Program-made: the position numbers and the translations under genes
Shown: positions 25,287 to 63,407 of the stretch, piece by piece
How the letters are laid out: each line of letters begins with the position of its first letter
Position numbering within the stretch: the first letter of the stretch is position 1
NCBI GenBank assembly: GCA_051362555.1
Contig: CM120641.1
Span: forward strand, 43,592,401 to 43,656,400
Length of the DNA: 64,000 nucleotides
Direction: 5' to 3'
Source: Lingula anatina
Taxonomy: Eukaryota > Animalia > Brachiopoda
The notes under the pieces: model-generated
What the model was told of the DNA's origin: nothing
Databases searched by the model: none
Seen by the model: the letters and a program-made list of their open reading frames with translations, nothing else

Positions 25287-28200
25287 ATGGATACTGCAGT
25301 GAATGATATTGCAAGGAAAGACTCTGCAGACTTGCATCACTTACTTCCCGTTTCATATAGGGCAATGGGCATTGGCGATTATTTGAGGGACGTTTTTGCC
25401 CTCGTGGAGCGTTATGAATGGGTTTATGACTTTCAACTAACCAGGTTCTTTGCAGACAGTGTATGGAAAAATATTCCGAAAGAGGCAAGACTAGATTCAG
25501 TTTTCCCTGGAAAAGGAATTAGTTTAGGAAGCGCTGCTTTGTTATTGGTAGATTGAGAGAAGACAGAATAATGTCTAGTGCACAAATGCAAGTAATGCAG
25601 TGTGCCCCCTCCCTTTAGGCCTTTTGATTCCAATATATTTTCTAAACCCAGTTATTAGGAGACTTTGATGAACATTTGTAATTTCGTGATAAATTAGTTT
25701 GGCACTTTATTTTTTATAGATTGTTTGTGCAACTTCATTTTCATTTTTAAAATTATCAGGACTCTCATTCATACCTGCAAACTTAAGGATTTTTTAAACA
25801 AATATTGAAACGGCTTATATTTCTTTACAGTGGCACGATGTATTGCTCAGTTTGAGCATAGAAAAGCTTAATCAGATGCCTACTGGTTACTTGCAGGTAT
25901 ATGTTATTTTGAAGTCAAAAAACTTTTTATACCAAAGATTAGCTTTCAAAAATTATTCTTCATTGTAGTTTGTTTAAGTTTATGTTATAGTCACTGATGC
26001 ATGTTATTTGGTTAAAAGAATCTTGTCATTATCATTGAATGCTATATCAGACTTGGTTGACAAGGTCCTATAAACAATACCAGGAACATGGTTTTTAAGA
26101 TACAATTGAATTTGATTTTTGCTCGTAAACTATTATTATAACAGTTTATACCCTTTTTGCATTTTTTCTAGGTGGACTGGCCTCAGTCTCTGAAATCTTT
26201 AATCCAACAATCAGTAAAGTTATCACTTCCCAGACAACAGTGCAACAGTAGACTTCAACCAATAAAAATTGACAGGCAAATGTGCCTGGGAATGTCGCCC
26301 AAGAAACAACACGAAGTATCCAATATGGCTGCCTATGTGAGTGGAGTGTGCCAGGAGACGCAGTGCAGTGCAGTGGTGGATGTGGGTTCTGGGCTGGTAA
26401 GGTGTGATGCAGGTGTTGTATAGTGAAGGCTACGTATTGTGAATTTCTTTAGGGTAGAAATTTGAAAATATATGTCATTAAAAAAATTCAGTGTTTTAAG
26501 AGGCATGATGAAGTTTTCAAAAAATGTGTTTCTCTGGTCTCTGAAAACAATAAAGTTTTCAAAATATCATTTTAACTAGAAGTGATTTTATTTTATTTCC
26601 ACTGGCATATGTGAACAATTCAATCTATTATTGTTTATTGCACATCTTTATTTGACCTGGTGTATTGCTCATGATTTATGAAATCTGACACTGTTTGTGT
26701 ATTATTGTGTCAAATGAAATGAGATTTAACATTCTTTAATTTCAGGGTTACATTGATGAAGTAATCCACTCTGTGACTGGACTCAAAGTAGTTGGTGTAG
26801 AATCAGAGGCATGTAGAAGCCATGCAGCAGAAAAAAGGCTGGCGTCTCAAAGTTAGTAGTTTTTCATGATTTGGAATAGGAATTTTTCAGTTTAAATGAT
26901 GGTATGTAACATTTATTGAATGAGAAGTCAGAATGATAATTTTTCATAATAGTCCAAGTCCTATATATAATAATATGCAGTCTGTGCCAAATAAAAGCCT
27001 TTTAGCCTACTGCCCCTTTGATCAACCAGGGTCTAAGAATTTACTGGCCTAAAACAAACAAAATTGGTCATTAAATGAACAAAATAATAAAATTTAAAAA
27101 CTGGCCCCATTTTATTTTTTACTGGTATTTACTATTTAATATTGCAGACTGCTGTATGAAACACTTAATTAATTTTTTTTCACATTTGATATTCAGATAT
27201 TCCCCTTGGCGCTATTGAAGCTGTGACTTTAAACATGCAAGATGATGAGGAAACAGAAAGAAAGTTGCAAGAAATGTTAGATAATTTAGAATTTATGGAT
27301 AAATCAGTGAAAGGTTTGACAGACAATGAATGTGATAATCAGTCAGAAAAAGACAACTGCCTTCAGAGATTATCAGCACATTATGAAAGGCCTTATTTGA
27401 AAGATGGTCACCATGGTAAAAATCTTGGTCAGTTTGATATGGGACATTTTATGTCTTTAAACAAAAGGAATGATGACAATGAAAAGCTAGAAACAAAGAG
27501 TGGTAAATGTCAGCATGATCAGGACAGAAATTGTACACATTTGAATGTATCATGTCTTGACAGTTATGGAATTACATCAGCTTGCGAGAGTCAACTTTAT
27601 ACGGTACCCTTTGATACAGCCCATACAGCATCCAGTGATACAGCCCATACAGCATCCTGTCATACAGCCCATACAGCATCCTGTCATACAGCCCATACAG
27701 CATCCAGTGATACAGCCCATACAGCATCCTGTCATACAGCCCATACAGCATCCTGTCATACAGCCCATACAGCATCCAGTGATACAGCCCATACAGCATC
27801 CTGTCATACAGCATCCTGTCATACAGCCCATACAGCATCCTGTCATACAGTCCATACAGCATCCTGTCATGCAGCCAATATAGCATCCTGTCATACAACA
27901 TATGGTGACAAGAAAACGGTTTCCATGGAATCAAGAGTTTGTATGATAGGACTCCACTGCTGTGGGGACTTATCCCCAACAATGCTGAGACTGATGACAA
28001 AGTTGCCAGACATAAAAGCATTGGTTTGCATTAGCTGCTGTTATCACAATATGCAGTATCAAGGTATGTCTAGATGTCCTAGCCATTGATTAGCATAGTT
28101 TGTTGTTATGTACCAGAATAATAATTTGAATAATTCTGTCATGAGTTCATTTTATTTTCTAATGAAAAATATAAATTTCATTATCACATCATCAAACCTT

Positions 28201-30369
28201 TTTGCAGACAATTCACTAAATTTGTGAATATAAAATATTGATTCAAATTATTGTTTTTCTTTTTATCAAGAGCTTGTAAAATATGTGGGTATTACCTCCA
28301 ATATTTCTGTGACTGTCAGTCACCATCATCAGGGAGTAAATGACTATTTACTGACAGTCACAGAAATATTGGAGGTAATACCAACATATTTTACAAGCTT
28401 TTGATGAAAAGAAAAACAATAATTTGAATTGATACATACAGAGCTAATGAAACTGTTCTCTCATAAAATATTGATTTAAAAATTGATCTCATACTAGGAT
28501 TTGGGTCCTAGTCTCATATGATGTATTTACATGCAGTTGAATCATTTCAGAAGATGCTGGGTACCAGAATTTTCCAATGAGTCATACCATACAAACTTAC
28601 CTTGAACAAAATTCCATCTCTTGGAAACTGAGTAAATTTGGTGCCAGGCTTGCAGCACAAGAGACTAGGTCAGTAAATTATGAACCATTCTTGAGAAGTG
28701 CATTTGTTTTACATTCAAAACTTTTTACATGGTTTTTGACAGCTACTAATTAATTTAAAAATATTACAGCCTACAAAGAAACATCTAGTTAAAGCTGCAT
28801 TTTTGTGATTTTTGTGTGCAAAAAATAATAAAAAGCATTACATACGAAAATATACTGAAAAATTCTTGCTCCAGCCATGGCTTGCCAACTTTTTTTAAGA
28901 CTTCTTTCATTTATATACAGCAAGTTACAATGAATAAGAAGTGATCTTCAGTTGACCATTCTCTAAAGACATGTTAAATGCAGTTAATAATACACTCAAT
29001 ATTAGTAAACAACACATGATGCATGTTCTTTGTTATAATATTTCTAGTGCAAGATGGAGAGCGCAAACCCACATTGGACATTCACAGCATGTGAAACATG
29101 TTGCATATCGTGCTATACTAGAGGAATATGTAGACAAAGGTACCTTACCCAGTCATACTTTACACAGCCATTCTATGAAGTTATTTTTTTTTTTTTTTTT
29201 TTTTTTTGTTTTGAGAAAAATTAATATAGAGATCGGCTTTTATTGTTTTGGCTTAACAGTTTATGTGTCACTTCAGACAGTTGCTTAATACCAGCCTATA
29301 GGATGCTTGTTTCTAAGCAGAAATGAATAGATTGCTCTAGTTATACATAATATGGATCACTGAAGACATACATAGGTATTTTTTATGATGAAGCCCTGCG
29401 TTGTTTTTTTCCAGGACCAAATGATGCAAAAAAGCTCAAAAGAAGAATTGCAAGAAAGAAGCATTTTGAGTCTTTTGATGTTTATATTCAAGCTGTATTG
29501 GACAGATGTTGCTTTGAAGGTATTCTGATGATTAGAGCTTTTTTAGTTTGGTTCAGGTAAAACCATAATTTAAAACAATCTGAAGCATCAAATATGTAAC
29601 TTGATCACTGTTTATTTTATTGCTATCATATTCACAAAATCTTTTCTAGAAAATCAAAGACGTGAACCGTATATTTTTCAGTTACATTGACTTTCTGTCC
29701 TAAAAATGACTTCTAAAATGGTTATCTTTTGTTTTAATTTTCAACTTAGGTGAGGAATTTTGTGCAGAAAGTTGTGTCAGGTCTCTGAAGGAACTTTACA
29801 AAAGTCATGAGAATCACATGAAATTGATAGAACCTATTACAGTAAGTTGGTATATTTGCCATATACAAATTTATATTATATTATATTACTTGCCATTGGA
29901 TACAAAAATGAAAATAACCAAAGATTTAATAATGCCACTAACCTCTATTTAAACTTTTTCAAATACTTTTGTTTTAACTTTAAAATTTATTCAGATTTTT
30001 CTTTAAATAATAAAGAGTAGCAATTGGAAGAAAAGAAGGATGAAGACGAAGAAAATTTCCTCAGAATTATCTATATCCATTGTTATCTTTTTAAATATAC
30101 TGATACACTGAAAACGGTAAAAGGATGCAGAAAAGAAATACTTTTTTAATTATTTTGTAGCATTTATCAGAAAAAAGGAAATATAATGTGCTTCTTTCAC
30201 TTTCATTTTCCAGTGTCTTCAGGTTCTACTACAGCCAGTGCTGGAGAGTTTGATATTGATTGACAGAGGGTTTTACCTAGCAGAGCATGGATTTGAAACT
30301 ACCATTCTACCCATCTTTGATGATTTCTTGTCCCCAAGAAACATGGCTATTACCGCAATGCGCGCTTAA
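25287..30369 (+). CDS. METTL25B: Methyltransferase-like protein 25 family (closest to METTL25B/RRNAD1 by motifs), about 674 aa
   Basis: Ten exons: 25287-25484 (GC donor), 25831-25896, 26172-26396, 26746-26851, 27197-28063, 28551-28668, 29048-29139, 29415-29519, 29750-29841, 30214-30369 (TAA). Family motifs MSPKKQHEV, SAM motif VVDVGSGLGY, GLHCCGDLS, CCYH, YRAILE, LESLILIDR...PIFDDFLSPRN. The paralog assignment (METTL25 vs METTL25B) is less certain than the family. Confidence 0.88.
27613..27897 (+). repeat. Coding 24-bp minisatellite, about 12 units, encoding [H/D]TAHTAS[C/S]
   Basis: Unit (c/g)atacagcccatacagcatcc(t/a)gt. One unit is shortened to 15 bp; all units keep the frame inside METTL25B exon 5. 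Confidence 0.95.
28241..28429. repeat. Long near-perfect inverted repeat (foldback element)
   Basis: 80-bp arms 28241-28320 and 28350-28429 with 3 mismatches and a 29-nt spacer. Confidence 0.9.
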
Positions 30370-31401
30370 AAATGGATTGGATCGTGCACAAAAAAGATGC
30401 ACAAAAACAGATGCCAGAGAACAAATGAAAACAATTGACAGAAGGGTTGCTTACGGGACAATCACAGAATCTTTGAAAGAAAAATAAATTGTTGCTAATA
30501 CAAATAAACAAAACCGTGACATAACATGTTTTAAAGAATAGTCATAAATAGTAAAACGATTATGCATCCCTTATCTTTATGATTTAGGTTCATGACAGGA
30601 TTATTGATAAGTTTAAATTAATGCAGGTGCTTTCAATTTTCGGTAAATTTGGGGCTCCATATATCCCCACAGGAACAATAAATAAATATTTATTTATTGC
30701 GACATTCGTTGCGAATACTTTCGCCGATGATCATTATTTTTTGCGTTGTGGTAGACTAGTATGGCAGCATAAGGTGGTTTTATGGGGTTTTTTTAGGTTT
30801 ACGCAGCCGGATATCAAATCACATAGCGATTTTACGACAGTCGTTTTCTAACCAATCACGGTGACAGCGGAGCGTGGTGACGTGTTATAGTTTTAACTGT
30901 GCAGTGATGATAAACTTTGTATAATATGGAAACAGTGAACGTGTGTTTCATTTGGTGAGTGTACTTCTTATAACACTTCCCCAAAATTCTTATTTTCAAA
31001 ACATCTCTGAGTGAAAGATCAAAATAATATCGCAGCACATATTACTATCAGTGTAAGTATCATTTCTTTACAGCAAGTTTTAACCACTCAGAAGAGGATT
31101 GCCAAAACAAGTTCGTAAATAAACTAAGTCAATGATTATAGTAATAGTAGTAGCTGTGATGTGTCCGTGAGAAGTCGACGATGACTATATTTTCCGTAAT
31201 ATCGGCAATCGATAGGATGCAGATCTATGTCACAGCGGCGAGTCGAGGAATAAGAATAATAAAAGGTGTACCGTATTCCCAACCCTGGTTCTGTCCAAGT
31301 TCTGAATAGAACATGAAAGAAATCGAAATGCTTTCAGCCCCAAATAAACAGGAAATGGATTCTCAAGATTTCGTACCGGCTGCTGCAGTGAGAGTGGTTG
31401 C

Positions 31402-32600
31402 CTAAGCCAACATTGGGCCCCAGAAATGATCACCCACTGTAGAATTAGACGCAGTGAAAAACAACCTTCCACCATTGATAAACTCCTCCTTACTGAGCAA
31501 ATTGTCGTGGTTTGTGTCAAGGGAGTGAAAGGCAAATTTGGCCGACAACGGGTGAACATCGAAGCATTTCAGAAACAAACTGTACTCGTCCAAGGAGATC
31601 ACCTCTTTCCCGCGAGCAAGAACTGTGTCAAAAGCTATGCGAAGCCATGTTGCCGCACTGTGAACGTAAAGACGACTGCTAAGAGCATATCGATGGTCCT
31701 TTATCATCTCATCGACGGTTTTACGACCTCTTGGGCCTCCATTATACCAAAAGCGCTGCCATGTATAAGTCCACATGGGTGCCAATATGCCTGCCATTTC
31801 CCTGTCCATGTACTGACATATTCTGTCGACAACAGCATCAACGTACTCTTGCTTGGTGACTTCCATGTCAAAGTCTTTGTCGAAACGTACGAAAAAAGAG
31901 GTCAATTTTCGGATCCACATTTCAGAATATCGCTCGGGAGGTATGCTCACCTACAAATTTTAAATACGAACTAATGTAATTAAACTATCCTGGTATGTTA
32001 TTTAAACTATCCGATGGAACCTGGATATGAATATCAAATATTTTATTTCCTTTGAAAATCATTCTCAAGTATAAGGAACATATTTAAAAGAATTGAAACT
32101 GGTCATCTCGGGGCGAAGCCAGTGGAAAAGTTGTACACCCCATATTTTGCCAAGAATGGACATATTTCCATTTTACTTCACATAAGTTCATAGCTCCTTA
32201 GGGCACGTCTTCACATCAATTTTCATTAAAATCTGTCTACCCCCACCTTGCCGCCATTTGGTTGGGTCTCTCTTTAAATGGCAGTTAAAAACAATCTGGT
32301 GATCCACGGCATGAAGAGTAGCTTGAGGTTTGATATCATTTATTTTCTTTTAATCGATAATACTTCTAAGGGGTCACTATTCGTGATAAACACCTTTACT
32401 CAGATCATTTTGTAACAATATTCCTCTTGAAAGAACGCCTAATTACTTACAGAATTGTCGGCGTCGTCATCCTCGGTATACATCTTCAGATACTGATACT
32501 CTACTCGGCTGCTTTGAGATGCACATTCTCTCACAGGAGTGGCAACTCCACACCCGGTACGCCATAAGATGAGTGTGCAGATCAAATACAAACGCAACAT
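31402..32600 (-). CDS. Sarcoplasmic calcium-binding protein (SCP)/calexcitin-like EF-hand protein with a predicted signal peptide, 232 aa
   Basis: Exon 1 32451-32600 (ATG, MLRLYLICTLILWRTGCGVATP..., donor GTAAGT, phase 0); exon 2 31402-31950 after a TTGTAG acceptor. SEMWIRKLTSFFVRFDKDFD, ISLDEY, FHSLDTNHDNLLSKEEF and C-terminal FWGPM follow the annelid SCP pattern (W..KMKTYF.RIDFDKD...IDTNNDGLLSLEEF...FWGPLV). Confidence 0.88.
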
Positions 32601-33704
32601 TACGTTAATTGCTTCAAGTATGACAAAGGCAATTTTGGCTGATGTTCTGTTCTAATGGTAGTGTGTTTTCCTTTTATGCAACACGTGTCCTTATTTTTTC
32701 TGTACAATACAATCAATCGATCTAAATTTGGATCGGAGAATAAACATTTACCATAAGGTTGTCGCATAGTCATCATGAATAGAATAAAGAACACAATTTT
32801 GTAAAACATACATTCTGCTGGTACTGCTGTACATTTGGCTAAACACAATCCATTCTGGGAAAAACTTGTATCTATCGTTGTAAAGCAAATTAACTCAGAC
32901 TAGCTACTGGCTGGTAAACGTGTGACGAGGGAAAATAACACTAAATCACCTGTATAAGTGTGTTGTTTTGGGCTGGTACCACATCTACAGCGTGTTTGAA
33001 ATGATTACTGGTTAAGTGACGCGACGTAAGGCGTTATGAAATACCGATTAAAAATTATTTGGCGATGTCCAACTGGATGTATATAATTTTATACATTATT
33101 CTAGATCTGTCGCGGAAACCTTATAATCGAACATTGCAATTAAAGTAATATCTAATACAAATATAAATGTATTTTCCATGGGGCCATTCAGAATGAGAAG
33201 AGCCGAGTGCTAGTTGCTCCACGGCCTAAATATAGCAGACCTACATGAAAGGAAGACCGCTTAATCCTGTAATGGTCTCTCTCTAATTACTGTGCCCCTG
33301 CAGGGACGATGCGTGGGGAGGCGTGAAAGAATGATATGTAATCAAAATATCAAACAGGTTGCTATCGTATCGTGCTTGTCCCTTGAAAAGAGGGCAAAAT
33401 ACCAACGCGTAAATGTAGCATTCGCAATTTAACAAATTTGACCTAAGTACCGAATTTGAATAAAATGGGGCAATTGTTGCTTAATTTTTTATTTGTGCCA
33501 TCTTTTTGCTTTAGTAGCTTTTACTGTTCACTTATTTTATCTTATAATTAATTAATTAATGCTTGTTGCACTCATTATCCTTCTTTAGGAATTATGTATT
33601 ATGGTAGTAACATAATATGAGAGATGTATAGCCTATCTATCCCCCGTTCTTGTGACTTTGTATCATATTACCTTTTCGTTATTAATAACGACAATTTTCA
33701 ATAA

Positions 33705-34779
33705 GGCCACACTTTTTTATTTTTATGGATGACATCCTGCGCGCGCACCGATTTTCGTCCGTTCTCCAAAAAAAAAAAAATAATAAAATAATCCCCCCCC
33801 CCCCCCAAGGAAGTCGGTTGTCGCAAACGTCGTTATTGAATTTGCCGGAAAATGCAATCGGCAATCCTCGGCTAATTCCGCAAGCTCCATACTGTCATTG
33901 TCGACTGCGGAGACATCCGAGTAGTTCCGAGTGCGGAAAATGAGCTTTCTGCGCATGCGTATTATCACCGCTTTGCCGTCAAATTCATCTCTAGCATTAA
34001 TTTCAAAATACACGACAATTAAAGTCATAAAGAGAATGGGGGCCGTCGTTTTGGATTGGTTTGCCATTGATATTGGACATGGAGATATCACCCTTTTACA
34101 ATTATACGAAAGGCTGGCCGCGGCCAGCGAGCATCGCCCGGAAAATTTCAGTGACATTCTGTCCAAAGCAACACATAGGCCTACCAGGTTTTTTTGTAGC
34201 GAAAAAAGGGTCGACAAGACCGTCGTGGTATTTGGTGGACTGAAGGTCGGACAGGCCACCCGATAGTTGGCTGCTACGTGTGAGTCGAAGTAGGCAAAAT
34301 GGCATTGACCGAAATTACCTTTTTTAGATTTGGTAGTAGGAAGCATAGGCCTATCTTTGCTTCATTTTTTAACAATTCTGTGATGTGTTTACAATGCTTT
34401 AATTTTCTGAGAGTACAAATAAAGACACACTGTTTATTTGATATTTGTTTTATTGATTGCTATAGGGGCCTACCAACAGAATGCATGAAATAACCTTAAA
34501 TAGATTTGGTAATATGCAGCATATATATTCATGACCTTTTACCTTTCTACCAAGTAGGCCCTATTCACATTGCTTTAATATTTTGAGAGAATGGATAAAG
34601 ACATGTTGTTAGTTTGATACGTGTTTCTGTGGTAAATTAGTGTTTCCAGCTGTGTACTGAAAACATAACTTTTCTTAAGCATTTTTTTTTTTTGGACTGT
34701 TTTTTTTTTTTTTTCGCCCGCTCGCACCGATTTTGGGGTCCCCAGAGGATGTCATCCATAAAAATAAAAAAGTGTGGCC
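33705..34779. mobile_element. PIF/Harbinger-like non-autonomous transposon, 1075 bp, with an internal ORF remnant
   Basis: Perfect 34-bp TIRs ggccacacttttttatttttatggatgacatcct, TAA target-site duplication on both sides, and a subterminal cgcaccgatttt motif near both ends. Confidence 0.9.
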
Positions 34780-36060
34780 TAATGTAGACCTTGGTCTTGT
34801 TGAATTTTGAACAAAAAGAGAGATTCGTTGTGCTTGTAAGCATTTGGCTACAAAAAGTGTATTTCTATTCACAGTATACTACTAGCACTGCTCTCACTTA
34901 CCATTTCAATTTAGAAAACGGTCCAGGTGTTGGGGATATGATATTAATTTTCTCCATTATCCACTGTGGATAATTGCGGATATATGGATATTTCAATACG
35001 TTCTAAAAAGATACAAGACAAATCAGTAGTAGTTTTCTTAAATGGACCTTGTCGTCTATAAAATAAAGAAAAGACTAATGTTTTGGACCAACTTGTTACT
35101 TTATTGAAGTGATTTGTGGTATATTAAAATTGTCAAAAGTTGTCATTAAGTTTGGACAAACTTTCGATCTGATGATATGCTTTAAAACCAACCGCAGATA
35201 ATAAAATCTCAAATGCACTGGTAGTGTTCTATGTCGTATAAAATGGCGCCCATGGAGATCACTCCAACTGTGACAAACGCTATTGAACCTCAATATGAGC
35301 ATTATAATCATTACGTTGCTCTTTTTCGTTACAGTAACAGGCCGGCGTTTAAGTACAGGCCATTTAATATGCCTGAATATCTGACTAGAAGATTATATAT
35401 ATAATGGTCACCGTAAACTGAGAGTATTATGCACGCAAGTCACGCTGTACACATTTTAATATACGTATATAGAATATAAATCTGCAACATTGTACGCATA
35501 CTTCTTAAAAACAGTCCTTATACGGATATTTTGCATTAAAATACACAAATGTTCATAATAAGTATATTGTTCTGTTACTATATTATCCTCAAATCCGGAT
35601 TGTCATGTAATAACAAACTGAAAAAATTTGACTAAAATGATGTTGTTTGTTTGAATTGTTTTCAAAACCTCAAAATGTAATTTTATCTAAAAGGCGCGAA
35701 AACATTTCACCGGACTTAGCATCTTCCTATGACACACATTTTCTCACCGGAATTTCCTTGCCCGAATGTCGGTGAACTTCCTTTTGATTCTGGATCTCGT
35801 GAAACTGACCACCGGTCGTCGATGTCCACTGTGCCCTTGACTTATGCAGGACTTTACAGGTCCCAAAACAACACTGCGGGATTAGAGATATCAAGATGAC
35901 AAACATACACCGGCTACAAAGTGAGATCTTTTATCAACACCCACGCGTTTAGCACGAACGCCGCGGTCCCTTTAAATGTTCCAGGTGAAAAAGTCGCCAA
36001 CTGTGCATGGCTAGTGTCCTGTATTTACATATAGCGTCTCCAGTCACCGCTGACCAGTGG

Positions 36061-63115
<27,055 letters not shown>

Positions 63116-63397
63116 TCCCACTCAGTTCTTAGGGGAAAATCTTAGGACTTTGTTCAAGGTGTCATCTGATAACTGTTTTGCCAAAGTAAACACAACGCTT
63201 TACACCTCGGTTGTCTGTTGTGATATTTTTCAGTTTAAAGGGATAACAACTGTTCATTTTGGCCAAAAATGGATTTTCCTTGGATAAAGGACAACCCATA
63301 CCCACATTCAAAGTTAGTCCCTGTTTTTTTTCTAAAAAGTTTAGTTTTTTGTTATATTCTCTTTAGAAATTATTACAGAGTGTAGCCATCTATGGAG

Positions 63398-63407
63398 GTC
63401 ACGTGAC
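63398..63407. promoter_or_regulatory. Palindromic extended E-box GTCACGTGAC (CLEAR/USF-type)
   Basis: Exact 10-bp palindrome about 280 bp upstream of the candidate SYT15 ATG. Confidence 0.3.

Noticed and set aside
27613-27897. Tandem array as a CRISPR-like locus
   Set aside because: The units are contiguous with no unique spacers, lie inside a eukaryotic exon, and there are no cas genes.
31402-31950. Aequorin/obelin-type photoprotein
   Set aside because: Same superfamily, but the C-terminus (FWGPM) and overall pattern follow SCPs, EF3 is degenerate, and I cannot identify the coelenterazine-binding His/Trp/Tyr set.
31426-31974. 182-aa + strand ORF
   Set aside because: Antisense shadow of the SCP-like exon, with no recognisable motifs.
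33723-34346. 207-aa minus-strand ORF
   Set aside because: Lies within the transposon and runs through homopolymer tracts (GGGGG, FFFF); not protein-like.
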